A program made the translations under genes and the position numbers. DNA of 61,515 nucleotides, the filler included. It is 4 parts of 4 records of this genome, joined end to end, with 100 filler letters (N's around TTAATTAATTAA, not from the genome) between each part and the next. Parts side by side here need not be neighbours in the genome. Positions count along the whole stretch, not along the records: positions 39,518 to 54,703 come from DRR723986_8409; positions 54,804 to 61,515 come from DRR723986_8424; 2 more parts are not named here. One strand, 5' to 3'. Positions 49,917 to 59,760 of the stretch are shown here, in pieces. Every line of letters begins with the position of its first letter. The first letter of the stretch is position 1. Under the pieces are notes generated by a model, which was given only the letters and a program-made list of their open reading frames with translations, ran no database searches and was not told where the DNA came from.

Positions 49917-51754
49917 CTGCCCCTACCCCGATTGCTCAAACAGCAACTGCGCGTGTCGTTGCGGTTCAAGAGGATCTGCTGAAAATCCAAACCTTGCCAG
50001 ATGCACAAGGCATGCCCGGCCAATTGGTCAAGAACGAGGTGGTTTATATCCTGCCGTCGTTGACTGGACCAGATGGGCGGCAAGAGCGGCTCAAAGCCGA
50101 AGTCCTGCGCGTGCGCGGGGACGAGGCGGATGTGCAAGTCTACGAAAGCACGGTTGGCGTTGCCGTTGGTGATCCGGTGGAACAAACCGGCTTACTGCTG
50201 TCTGTCGAACTGGGCCCGGGCCTGTTGGGCCAAGTCTTTGATGGCCTGCAATCGCCCCTGCCCAAAGTCGCCGAAACCTTTGGCACCTTTCTGCCCCGCG
50301 GCGCTGATGTCCCGGCTTTGGATACAGAAAAGAAATGGTCATTCACGCCCATCGCCAAAATCGGTGACACAGTCGTTGCGGGCGACACCCTCGGCACGGT
50401 GCCAGAGGGTCGTTTCAATCACAAAATCATGGTCCCCTTCAATTGGACCGGACCCTATACGGTGATTTGGGTGCAATCAGGCGCGGCGCGTCTGCAGGAT
50501 ACCGTCGTCAGACTGGCGGATGAGTCCGGTGCGGAACACACAGTATCCTTGATCCAGAAATGGCCCGTACGTCGCCCGCTATCCGAAGGAATCCTGAAAC
50601 GAGATCTTTCGCAGCGCCTGTACCCAACAGAACCTGTCCTGACCTCGCAACGCCTGATCGATACCTTCTTTCCCATCGCGCGCGGCGGCACGGCCTGCAT
50701 CCCCGGTCCCTTTGGCGCTGGCAAAACCGTCTTGCAGAACCTGATTGCACGCAATGCACAGGTGGATGTGGTTGTCGTCGTCGCCTGCGGGGAACGTGCG
50801 GGCGAGGTGGTCGAAACGATCAACGAATTCCCCAACATGACCGACCCCACCTCGGGCGGTAGCCTGATGGATCGCACCATTATCATCTGTAACACCTCGT
50901 CGATGCCCGTCGCGGCGCGCGAGGCTTCGATCTTTACCGGCATCACACTGGGCGAGTATTACCGCCAGATGGGCCTTAATGTGTTGTTGATCGCCGACAG
51001 CACATCGCGATGGGCGCAGGCAATGCGCGAAACCTCTGGCAAACTCGAAGAAATCCCGGGCGAAGAAGGTTTCCCCGCCTATCTCGAAAGCTCGATCAAG
51101 GGGCTCTACGAACGCTCTGGCGTGATCAAAACCAATGACGGCGACACCGGCAGCCTGACGATGATTGGAACGGTCTCTCCCGCCGGGGGCAATTTTGATG
51201 AACCCGTGACACAATCAACGCTTTCAACGGTGAAATGCTTTCTCGGGTTGTCGTCGGAACGCGCCTACAAACGGTTCTATCCCGCCGTGGATCCGTTGCT
51301 CAGCTGGTCCCGCTATCTTGATCAACTGTCCGATTGGTACGAAGACAACGCCCAGCGCGGCTGGACCGCCAAAGTGCGCGAGCTTCTTGCCCTGTTGGAT
51401 CGCGGCGAACAGATCACACAGATGATGCAAGTCACCGGCGAAGAAGGCGTCACCATCCAAGATTTCGTGACCCAGCAAAAAGCGCTGTTCGTGGATATGA
51501 TTTATCTACAGCAGGATGCATTTGATGTGGTTGACGCCACCGTGCCAATGCCACGCCAAATCCTCACATTCCAGATGATGTATGACGTGGTGACATCACA
51601 GGCCGAATTTGCGGATAAATCTGAGGCGCGGCAGGTGTTCACCCAGCTGACTGGCTTGGTCAAAAATTTCCACTATGCCGCTGAAAACACGCCCGAATAC
51701 ACCTCAACACTAGAGGCGATCCGGGCGCTTTGCCGTGATAAGCTCGGGCTCTGA
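49913..51754 (+). CDS. ntpA: V/A-type ATP synthase catalytic subunit A
   Basis: GPFGAGKT, CGERAGE, NTSSMPVAAREAS, ADSTSRWAQA, PGEEGFPAYL. Confidence 0.95.
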   Translation: MTAPTPIAQTATARVVAVQEDLLKIQTLPDAQGMPGQLVKNEVVYILPSLTGPDGRQERLKAEVLRVRGDEADVQVYESTVGVAVGDPVEQTGLLLSVELGPGLLGQVFDGLQSPLPKVAETFGTFLPRGADVPALDTEKKWSFTPIAKIGDTVVAGDTLGTVPEGRFNHKIMVPFNWTGPYTVIWVQSGAARLQDTVVRLADESGAEHTVSLIQKWPVRRPLSEGILKRDLSQRLYPTEPVLTSQRLIDTFFPIARGGTACIPGPFGAGKTVLQNLIARNAQVDVVVVVACGERAGEVVETINEFPNMTDPTSGGSLMDRTIIICNTSSMPVAAREASIFTGITLGEYYRQMGLNVLLIADSTSRWAQAMRETSGKLEEIPGEEGFPAYLESSIKGLYERSGVIKTNDGDTGSLTMIGTVSPAGGNFDEPVTQSTLSTVKCFLGLSSERAYKRFYPAVDPLLSWSRYLDQLSDWYEDNAQRGWTAKVRELLALLDRGEQITQMMQVTGEEGVTIQDFVTQQKALFVDMIYLQQDAFDVVDATVPMPRQILTFQMMYDVVTSQAEFADKSEARQVFTQLTGLVKNFHYAAENTPEYTSTLEAIRALCRDKLGL

Positions 51755-52720
51755 TTATTCAGCCGCCTTTAGCTCTTTGCCCTGTGGAATGACCTCGTAA
51801 CCGGGCTCTTCCGGCTCGTCATCCAGCATTTCGGGTGGGAAGCCGGGAGCAAGGATTTCCAACCCGGTGGCGTCCTCAAGTCGGCGGATGATATTCGGCG
51901 ACAGCTCGCGTTCGCCGTATTTTGCGATGCCATCCTCGAAAATCTTGACCATCAGCGGGCTCACCTCAAGCGGCACGTTGGCGCGATCCGCGACCTCTTG
52001 GAACAGGCCCACATCCTTTTTCACCAGATCCATGGTGAATGAAATGTCGCGAGACCCGTTCAGGATGACCTGACTTTCGGTGATATGCGAGAACGAGTTG
52101 CCCGAGCTGATCTTGATCGCCTCATAGGTGGTGTTCAGATCCATGCCCGCCGCTGCTGCCGTCACCAGTGCCTCGGCGTTGGCGACCAGATGCACGGTGG
52201 CCAGATAGTTGGTCACGACCTTCAGAACCGAGGCAGACCCCAGATCACCGGTATGCAGAATGCGCCGGCCCATAGTGGTCAGGAACGGTAGGATGCGCTC
52301 AAACGTGGCGCGATCACACCCGGCGAAAATCGCGATGTTGCCCGTATCCGCACGATGGCATCCACCGGAAACCGGGCAATCCACCGCTGCACCACCACGT
52401 TCGATGACCATCGCACCCAGACGCTTGGCTTCGGCTTCATCCGTGGTGGACATCTCCATCCAGATCTTGCCCGTCGTCACCTCGGGCAACATTTCCTGCA
52501 TCACCGCATCCGATGCCGCAGGTGACGGCAGGCAGGTAATGACCGCATCACAATCCCGCATCAGTTGGGCCGGGTTTTCCCCCGCCTGGGCGCCCTTTTC
52601 CACAAACGCCTGCACCAGATCCGGGTTCAGGTCATAGACAGTCAGATCCACGCCATTGCGCAGCAATGATCCCGACAGTTTATGCCCGACATTGCCCAGA
52701 CCGATAAAACCAACTTTCAT
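51755..52720 (-). CDS. NAD(P)-dependent oxidoreductase, 3-hydroxyisobutyrate dehydrogenase family
   Basis: GFIGLGNVG, DCPVSGG, KVVTNY, KD. Confidence 0.88.
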   Translation of the reverse strand: MKVGFIGLGNVGHKLSGSLLRNGVDLTVYDLNPDLVQAFVEKGAQAGENPAQLMRDCDAVITCLPSPAASDAVMQEMLPEVTTGKIWMEMSTTDEAEAKRLGAMVIERGGAAVDCPVSGGCHRADTGNIAIFAGCDRATFERILPFLTTMGRRILHTGDLGSASVLKVVTNYLATVHLVANAEALVTAAAAGMDLNTTYEAIKISSGNSFSHITESQVILNGSRDISFTMDLVKKDVGLFQEVADRANVPLEVSPLMVKIFEDGIAKYGERELSPNIIRRLEDATGLEILAPGFPPEMLDDEPEEPGYEVIPQGKELKAAE

Positions 52721-52842
52721 GTTCTCTCCTCCCTGACGGGCGCATGCCCGCGTATACGATTCTGAGGGCGAGTATTTCGCGTGACAAACCCCAAGAGAAA
52801 CGAATAATAACTGCACAAATATATAAATATTTTTGGTGATAC

Positions 52843-53727
52843 GTGGATAACCTCCCCAATCCGATTTGGCTGCGCAGCTTTGAATCCGCAGCCCGACATT
52901 TGAATTTCACCGAAACGGGCCGCGAATTGGGCCTGACCCAAACCGCTGTGTCCCTGCATATCCGCTCTCTCGAGGCGGATCTGGGAGCAAAACTGTTCAC
53001 CCGTGCGGCCCGGCGCCTGACGCTGACAGAACTGGGACAATCCTATGCGCTGACCGTTCGGCGGGCGCTTGCTGATATCACGCTCAGCACCAATGCTCTG
53101 TTTGGGCCTGCAACCCGGCAAACGCTGACCATTCGGGCGGCGATTTCCTCGGCCACCTATTGGATCGCCGCGGAACTCCCCGCGTTTTCAGCCGCCTACC
53201 CTGATATTCCCGTGCGACTGGTATCCAACATCTGGGCGGACAGCACGGGACCGGGCGACGTTGATGTCGAAATCCGCCTTGGGTATGGCGATTGGCCCGG
53301 TGTGCGGGTCGAAAAGCTTTGTGATGAAACCATCGTTCCGGTTTGCCGGGCTGACAGCGCACTGCCCACTTTGAACCAATTGCGAACTGCACCCTTGATC
53401 CATATCCTTGGATACGAGGACAACTGGGCGCGCTACTTCGAGGCACACGCCCTAGCTCCGCAAGACACCCCCCCGCTCCATTCGGTCGACACCACGGTGG
53501 CTGCCCTGCAAATGGTCATGGGTGGCGCAGGCTATGCCACGATCCTAAGCCGCTTTGCCCAGAACGCCATTGCGCAGGGTCTGCCACTGCAAATTGCAGG
53601 GCCGGCGATTCCCTTTGGGCAGTCGCATTACCTGATCTATCCCGATGACACTGCCGCACGTCCTGCTTCGGCGCAGGTGTTTACCGCATGGTTGCGAGAC
53701 CGGCTTAGTACAAATGCCGTTGGATGA
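52843..53727 (+). CDS. LysR family regulator (GcvA-like)
   Basis: LRSFESAARHLNFT....ELGLTQTAVS..IRSLE..LG..LF; divergent from the oxidoreductase. Confidence 0.92.
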   Translation: MDNLPNPIWLRSFESAARHLNFTETGRELGLTQTAVSLHIRSLEADLGAKLFTRAARRLTLTELGQSYALTVRRALADITLSTNALFGPATRQTLTIRAAISSATYWIAAELPAFSAAYPDIPVRLVSNIWADSTGPGDVDVEIRLGYGDWPGVRVEKLCDETIVPVCRADSALPTLNQLRTAPLIHILGYEDNWARYFEAHALAPQDTPPLHSVDTTVAALQMVMGGAGYATILSRFAQNAIAQGLPLQIAGPAIPFGQSHYLIYPDDTAARPASAQVFTAWLRDRLSTNAVG

Positions 53728-53778
53728 TCGCGTCGGGTCGCTTTTCTGCCTTGGCCCATGAACGAAGTCGCCCCATGC

Positions 53779-53784
53779 TTGACA
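53779..53784 (+). promoter_or_regulatory. Probable -35 element (TTGACA) of the riboswitch-controlled cob transcript
   Basis: Consensus TTGACA about 30 nt upstream of the riboswitch P1. Confidence 0.45.
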
Positions 53785-53812
53785 AGGCCGGTGCCCATGC
53801 CGCATGTCCCAT

Positions 53813-53998
53813 CCGTTGGTGTCTGTGAAAACAGATGAAAAGGGAATGTGTCAGCAAGAGCCCTCTTGTGAAACACAGCCGCCCCCGCGACCGTGACCGG
53901 AGAGGGAGCCCAAGCCACTGGCCATCAGGCCGGGAAGGCGGGACACCCGACAGAAGGATCCGCCTTCTGACATCCGCAAGCCGGGAGACCTGCCAACA
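53813..53998 (+). ncRNA. Cobalamin riboswitch
   Basis: GGT..AAAAGGGAA, GCCCCCGCGACCGTGA, GCCACTG..GGGAAGG, B12 box AAGCCGGGAGACCTGCC; upstream of DUF1636-cobW. Confidence 0.95.
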
Positions 53999-54077
53999 CC
54001 CGAAGACCAAACCGGACGGGGTGTTCCGGTGACGGGCTTATAGCCCGCGCATACCCCGTTCCCCAACCCGTAGGGGG

Positions 54078-54461
54078 ATGAGAGACGTGACCGATCAAAC
54101 ACCAGTGGAACTGCTGGTATGCACCACTTGCCGACGCGGCTTGCCAATCGAGGACGACAGCCAGCGCCCCGGCGCCCTGCTGCATGCGGCTCTGGCCGAG
54201 GCCGGATTACCCGATGGCGTTCAGTTGAAAGCTGTCGAATGCCTGTCCAACTGCGATCAGGGATGCTCTGTCGTGCTGCGCGGCGGTCCTGCGCGCTGGA
54301 CCTTTGTCTATGAGAACCTGAACGAAACCGACGATATCGATGTCATCGTCGAAGGCGCCACAAAATACCACGCCACCGAGAACGGTATCGTTCCGTGGCG
54401 CGAACGCCCTGTCCATTTCCGCAAAAACTGCGCAGCCCGCATTCCCCCGCTTGGAGCCTGA
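54078..54461 (+). CDS. DUF1636 family metal-binding protein (cobalamin-associated)
   Basis: VCTTC, ECLSNCDQGC, GIVPWRERP..ARIPP. Confidence 0.88.
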   Translation: MRDVTDQTPVELLVCTTCRRGLPIEDDSQRPGALLHAALAEAGLPDGVQLKAVECLSNCDQGCSVVLRGGPARWTFVYENLNETDDIDVIVEGATKYHATENGIVPWRERPVHFRKNCAARIPPLGA

Positions 54462-54463
54462 AC

Positions 54464-54703
54464 ATGTCTGATCTGTCAAAACTTCCCGTTACCGTCATCA
54501 CCGGCTTTCTTGGCTCGGGCAAAACAACGCTTGTCCGCCACCTGATGCAGAACCCTCAGGGCAAACGCCTTGCTGTGATCGTCAATGAGTTTGGCGATGT
54601 GGGTGTGGATGGTGAGATCCTGAAATCCTGCGCTATCCCTGACTGCCCTGCAGAAAATATTCTGGAATTGGCAAATGGCTGCATCTGCTGCACCGTGGCC
54701 GAC
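54464..54703 (+). CDS. cobW: Cobalamin biosynthesis protein CobW (3' truncated)
   Basis: TGFLGSGKTT, VNEFG, ELANGCICCTVAD. Confidence 0.92.
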
Positions 54704-54803
54704 NNNNNNNNNNNNNNNNNNNNNNNNNNNNNNNNNNNNNNNNNNNNTTAATTAATTAANNNNNNNNNNNNNNNNNNNNNNNNNNNNNNNNNNNNNNNNN
54801 NNN
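54704..54803. other. Artificial contig spacer
   Basis: N-run with TTAATTAATTAA at 54748-54759. Confidence 0.99.
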
Positions 54804-54833
54804 TTCGGCTTCGGCTTCGGCTTCGGCTTCGGC
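54804..54833. repeat. Tandem hexamer (TTCGGC)x5 encoding (Ala-Glu)n in the ScpB tail
   Basis: Read directly at the contig edge. Confidence 0.9.
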
Positions 54834-55430
54834 AGTATTTGACTCGGCGCTGGCCTCGGCAAGATTGTCTTTGTCGAACTGCAGCTCTGAGTTCAAAGAA
54901 TCTAAATCGGCAATCTCAGCCAGACTGGGCAGTTCGTCGAGATTACTGAGATTAAAATAGTCCAAAAACTGACGCGTGGTCGCATACATGGCCGGTCGAC
55001 CCGGCACATCTTTATGGCCAACAACGCGCACCCACTCTCGCTCCAGCAGTGTTTTAACAATGTGAGAGCTGACCGCGACACCCCGTATTTCTTCGATGTC
55101 ACCGCGAGTGATCGGTTGGCGGTAGGCAATCAGCGCTAGGGTCTCTAGCAGCGCGCGTGAATAGCGCTGGGGCTTTTCGTCCCACAAGCGACCTACCCAG
55201 GGTGCGAACTCTTCTCGTACTTGAAAGCGATAACCACTGGCCACCACTTTGAGCTCGTAACCACGGTCCTCACAATCCCGCTCTATTTGCGCCAGAGCAT
55301 CGCGAACTTCATTGGCCGCAGGCCGTTGTTGTTCGTCAAAGAGTTCAGCCAGCTGAGCGAGTGTTAGCGGCTTTCCCGCTGCCATCAGCGCTCCTTCGAG
55401 TATTCTTTGTAACTGCTGCGCGTCAATCAT
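54804..55430 (-). CDS. scpB: SMC-Scp complex subunit ScpB (3' truncated)
   Basis: SRALLETLALIAYRQPITRGDIEEIRGV, PGRP..YATT..FLDYF. Confidence 0.95.
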
Positions 55431-56338
55431 CAGGTGTTCTTAGCTTTAACGTGAATGGGGGCAAAAGGCGCTGACTGAACAATTTCAACCAGAGACTCCT
55501 TAATGAGCTCCATAATAGCCAAAAAGGTCACAACAACCCCGAGACGCCCTTCCTCGGGTTTGAACAGTGAGACAAAAGGCACAAAGGTATCGCCGCTCAG
55601 CCTCGCTAATACTTCCGACATTCTCTCACGAGTGGACAGCTTTTCCCGCTCGACCTGGTGGCTAATGTACAGATCTGCGCGCTGCAAGACTTCACTGAGC
55701 ACCAGCATCAATTCTTTCAGATCAACATCGGGCTCTTGCTTAACCTTTTTCATTGGCGGCGGTGCCACCTCGCTAAGGTAGGTTTCGCGCCCTACTCGCG
55801 GCAGCTGATCGATATTCTCTGCGGCCTGCTTGAAGCGTTCGTATTCCTGCAGCCGTCTTATTAACTGCGCGCGGGGGTCTTCGTCGTCTTCCAGCTCTTC
55901 GCTGGAGCGCGGCAGTAGCATCCGGGATTTAATTTCCGCCAACATCGCCGCCATCAACAGATACTCAGACGCCAGCTCGAACTGCATGGCGTTCATCATA
56001 TTGACGTACTGCATGTATTGCTCAGTGATCTGAGCAACGTTGATCTCCAAAATATCGATGTTCTGTCGCTTTATCAGGTAAAGCAGAAGGTCAAGCGGCC
56101 CCTCAAAGGCTTCCAGGAAGACTTCCAAGGCTTCAGGGGGGATATACAAATCCTTTGGCAACTCGGTAAGCGGCTTACCCTGGACGATCGCAAACGGCAT
56201 TTCACCCTGCTGGGGCCGACTGCGCAGCGCCTTAAGGCTAACAATGTCCATGGCACGCTGCATGGGTGCACGGCGGGGCGCACCGGGCAGATTTTCTGCT
56301 ACCGGCTGTTCGTTATCCTGACCGTTGCCCTGCTGCAC
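55430..56338 (-). CDS. scpA: Segregation and condensation protein ScpA
   Basis: FEGPLDLLLYLI, IKSRMLLP, VVTFLAIMEL. Confidence 0.95.
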   Translation of the reverse strand: MQQGNGQDNEQPVAENLPGAPRRAPMQRAMDIVSLKALRSRPQQGEMPFAIVQGKPLTELPKDLYIPPEALEVFLEAFEGPLDLLLYLIKRQNIDILEINVAQITEQYMQYVNMMNAMQFELASEYLLMAAMLAEIKSRMLLPRSSEELEDDEDPRAQLIRRLQEYERFKQAAENIDQLPRVGRETYLSEVAPPPMKKVKQEPDVDLKELMLVLSEVLQRADLYISHQVEREKLSTRERMSEVLARLSGDTFVPFVSLFKPEEGRLGVVVTFLAIMELIKESLVEIVQSAPFAPIHVKAKNT

Positions 56339-56391
56339 GAGCGCCCCCTATTCTCACTAAGCCGGCGATTATACGGCTATCTGCTCGAGCG

Positions 56392-57021
56392 TCACAGCGC
56401 TTGTTCAAATTGACTGACATCGCCAAGGCCGCGGCGAAGCACTACTGGCACGTCATCCACGAGATCGACCACAGACGTTGCCTCCATGCCACAGTAACCG
56501 CCGTCTATCACCAAATCGACGTGGTTCGCCAGCGTATCGCGAATGTCATAGGGGTCCGTCATCGGCAAGTCTTCGCCTGGCAGAATCAGGCTCACGCTCA
56601 TTAGTGGCTCATTCAGCTCTGCTAATAGGTCTAGGCAAATTTGGTTGTCGGGTACGCGCAGGCCCACGCTCTTGCGCTTGGGGTGGTGAAGGCGCTTAGG
56701 GACCTCGGGCGTGGCACGCAAGATGAAGGTGTAAGGCCCGGGAATAAGGTTTTTGAGCAGGCGAAAGCTGCTGTTATCAACTCGGGCATAATTACCCAGC
56801 TCAGAAAGATCACGACACATCAGCGTGAAATTGTGCTTGTCGTCCAAACGACGAATCGTTCGGATACGCTCCAATGCACTTTTATCCCCGAGGTGGCAGC
56901 CCAGCGCATAGGCCGAATCAGTGGGGTAAGCGATCACGCCGCCACTGCGGACGATATCGGCCGCCTGTTTGATTAACCGTGCCTGTGGGTTTTCGGGGTG
57001 GATCTGAAAAAATTGACTCAT
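56392..57021 (-). CDS. yciO: YciO / Sua5-YrdC family protein
   Basis: MSQFFQIHPENPQ, YPTDSAY, PGPYTFIL, GLRVP. Confidence 0.92.
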   Translation of the reverse strand: MSQFFQIHPENPQARLIKQAADIVRSGGVIAYPTDSAYALGCHLGDKSALERIRTIRRLDDKHNFTLMCRDLSELGNYARVDNSSFRLLKNLIPGPYTFILRATPEVPKRLHHPKRKSVGLRVPDNQICLDLLAELNEPLMSVSLILPGEDLPMTDPYDIRDTLANHVDLVIDGGYCGMEATSVVDLVDDVPVVLRRGLGDVSQFEQAL

Positions 57022-57039
57022 AATTATCCTTAAATGCGG

Positions 57040-57867
57040 TCAGCTGGCCCTTAGCCAACGCTGCCATACCGGCTGACAATTTCCCACTACCTCGGCATCA
57101 CAGCCAAGATCACACCACTGGCTTAAGTGGTGAAAATCACTGCCAGCCGACGCTTCAAATTCAAAGTGCCTGCACAGCTCACGCAGGTAACGTAACTCTT
57201 GGTCCGCAGGCCGGCCATTACACACCTCCAGCGCCTCGCCGCCCAGGTCTTTAAACTCTGTGAGCAAGCGACGCAGCTTTGCATTGGTCATTTTGTAGTG
57301 CATAGGGTGAGCAATCGCAGCCACACCACTGCCGGCGTGTATCCATGACAGCACAGACGCCAACGATGGCCACATCGCCTTTACATCGCCAATTTTGCCA
57401 GCGCCCAAAAAGCGGTCAAAGGCCTCATTCATCGACCCCACATAGCCCTTTTCAACCATATAACGGGCGAAGTCTGGTCGACCCAGCGGCCGGTCAGCCA
57501 CACTGCTCCGCAATGCCTCAACATCAATATCGATGCCCTTCTTGCTTAAACGGGCGGCAATTGTCTCGCTGCGCTGCTCCCGCGCCACCTTCTGCCCCGC
57601 GATGGCATCGCACAGCAGCGGCTCAGATACGTCCAGCCCCAAACCCAATACGTGAATGTTGACGCCATTCCAGTTGCATGAAAACTCCGCACCACACACC
57701 AGCTGCAGATCGCCGGGAAGGTCTTCTAGCGCCTGGTAAGCATCGACCGTATCGTGATCAGTAATTGCCAACAGATCAACGCCACGATCAACCGCGCGCG
57801 CCACCAACTCCTGGGGGGTCAAACCGCCATCGGAGGCGGTGCTATGGGTGTGTAAATCGATTATCAA
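57040..57867 (-). CDS. yciV: PHP domain protein (YciV/TrpH-like)
   Basis: DLHTHSTASDG, AITDHD, AHP, GSDFH; TTG start. Confidence 0.88.
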   Translation of the reverse strand: MIIDLHTHSTASDGGLTPQELVARAVDRGVDLLAITDHDTVDAYQALEDLPGDLQLVCGAEFSCNWNGVNIHVLGLGLDVSEPLLCDAIAGQKVAREQRSETIAARLSKKGIDIDVEALRSSVADRPLGRPDFARYMVEKGYVGSMNEAFDRFLGAGKIGDVKAMWPSLASVLSWIHAGSGVAAIAHPMHYKMTNAKLRRLLTEFKDLGGEALEVCNGRPADQELRYLRELCRHFEFEASAGSDFHHLSQWCDLGCDAEVVGNCQPVWQRWLRAS

Positions 57868-57981
57868 GCTTTAATACTCCAGCACCTCTGTGGCGCTCAC
57901 CCCCTGCGCTAGTGATAACGCGGGAAAATGGTTATAGTGAGCCGCGCATTCGCGCAGACAATCCCGACCACAGGACGAACC

Positions 57982-58695
57982 ATGCCCCCAAACAATCAGG
58001 GCAAGCCACGGCACAGTGCCGTGACCAACCTTTTATTCAATATTGTGATACCGACGCTGATACTCACCAAGTTCAGCGGCGAAGAAGACTTGGGGCCTAG
58101 CCTGAGCATCATTATCGCACTGGCTTTTCCCGTGAGCTTCGGCGCATGGGATTATATTAAAACCCGCCGCACCAACATTTTTTCCATACTCGGTTTCGTC
58201 AGCATCTTACTGACCGGCGGGATCAGCCTGTTGGAGCTGGACCCTCAATATATCGCCATTAAAGAGGCGGCGATCCCCGGCCTGATAGGCCTTGCTACGT
58301 TGCTGTCACTATACACGCCCTATCCGCTGATCAAAACGCTGTTGTTCAACGATGAGGTTGTCGACACCGCGCGTATCGAGAAGGCGCTTAGTGAGCACAA
58401 TGCCCACAACGCCTTCAACGTAGCCCTTCGCCGAGCAACCTACTTACTGGCTTTCTCTTTTTTCCTGTCCTCGACCCTGAATTACCTGCTCGCCAAGTTT
58501 ATTTTGGTCAGTCCTCCCGGCACCCCTGAGTACAGCGCCGAGCTGGGAAAAATGACCGGACTCAGCTTTCCCGTCATCGCACTGCCCTGCACAATCGTGA
58601 TGATGGGCGCCCTGTTCTACCTAATGAACAGAGTTAAGAGCCTCACAGCACTGGAGCTCGAACAGATTTTTAGATTACACCAGGATCAAAACTAA
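57982..58695 (+). CDS. VC0807-like inner membrane protein
   Basis: [45 protein letters not shown]. Confidence 0.75.
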   Translation: MPPNNQGKPRHSAVTNLLFNIVIPTLILTKFSGEEDLGPSLSIIIALAFPVSFGAWDYIKTRRTNIFSILGFVSILLTGGISLLELDPQYIAIKEAAIPGLIGLATLLSLYTPYPLIKTLLFNDEVVDTARIEKALSEHNAHNAFNVALRRATYLLAFSFFLSSTLNYLLAKFILVSPPGTPEYSAELGKMTGLSFPVIALPCTIVMMGALFYLMNRVKSLTALELEQIFRLHQDQN

Positions 58696-58697
58696 TC

Positions 58698-58997
58698 ATG
58701 TTTTACGCCATTCTCAGTGAAGACGTCAGCAACAGCTTAGAAAAGCGCCTGACCGCGCGCCCTGCCCACCTCGCGCGCCTAGAGGAACTAAAAGCCGATG
58801 GCAGGCTCTTAGTTGCCGGCCCTCACCCCGCCATTGACAGCAACGACCCGGGAGACGCGGGTTTCACCGGAAGCCTGGTGATCGCCGAATTTCCCAGCCT
58901 GGAGGATGCTCAGCGGTGGGCCGATGCAGACCCTTACATTGCGGCCGGCGTGTACAGCAAAGTTAGTGTAAAACCGTTTAAAAAAGTACTGCCCTAG
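58698..58997 (+). CDS. yciI: YciI family protein
   Basis: [21 protein letters not shown]. Confidence 0.92.
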   Translation: MFYAILSEDVSNSLEKRLTARPAHLARLEELKADGRLLVAGPHPAIDSNDPGDAGFTGSLVIAEFPSLEDAQRWADADPYIAAGVYSKVSVKPFKKVLP

Positions 58998-59084
58998 AAC
59001 AGGGCGCCAAATTGCAGTCTGCAACCATGTACATTACTCTTATTCATTAATACCTTACCGCAATTTTTTAAAGTGGAATTAACA

Positions 59085-59756
59085 GTGAAGAAACTCACCC
59101 TTCTCGGCCTTGTGACCGTCCTGCTCACCCTCTCTGGCCAACTGTTCGCCGAAACCCGCTATATCAGCGACAAGGTTTATGTACCACTTCGTGTTGGGGA
59201 TGGCAGCAAATACCGAATCGTTCATCGCGGCCTGCCCAGTGGCACTAAGCTTGAACTCATCACCACCAACGAGAGCACGGGCTACTCTAAAGTCAAAACA
59301 ACAAGCGGTACCGAAGGCTGGCTGCCCAGCCACTACCTTGTCGAGGCGCCCGTTGCACGCACACGCTTAAAAGAAGCGGAAACCAAACTCAGCAAACTCA
59401 GTGAGGCTAACAAAGCCCTCCGCGAGCAACTCAAAAACACCACGCAAAGCAGTGAGCAAACCGCCTCCATTGTGGAACAGCTAGAACGCGAGAACACCGC
59501 CCTCAGCGAAGAGCTGGATGCGATCAAACGCATCTCTGCCAACGCCATTAAACTCGACAGCGACAACCGCCGCCTGCTTGAGAGCAACCAGATGCTGAGC
59601 AGTGAGGTCGATGTGCTCAAGACCGATAACGCTCGCCTGCGTGAAAACAAAGAAAACGAATTTTTCCTAAACGGCGCTTTCGCGGTGCTTATCGGCGTAA
59701 TGATCGCTCTAATCGTCCCACGCATGATGCCTAAGCGGCGTTCAGAATGGGGCTAA
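59085..59756 (+). CDS. TIGR04211 SH3 domain protein (YgiM-like)
   Basis: Signal peptide, YISD..VPLR.G...YRI, EGW, coiled coil, C-terminal transmembrane segment plus RRSEW; alternative GTG at 59073. Confidence 0.85.
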   Translation: MKKLTLLGLVTVLLTLSGQLFAETRYISDKVYVPLRVGDGSKYRIVHRGLPSGTKLELITTNESTGYSKVKTTSGTEGWLPSHYLVEAPVARTRLKEAETKLSKLSEANKALREQLKNTTQSSEQTASIVEQLERENTALSEELDAIKRISANAIKLDSDNRRLLESNQMLSSEVDVLKTDNARLRENKENEFFLNGAFAVLIGVMIALIVPRMMPKRRSEWG

Positions 59757-59760
59757 GACG

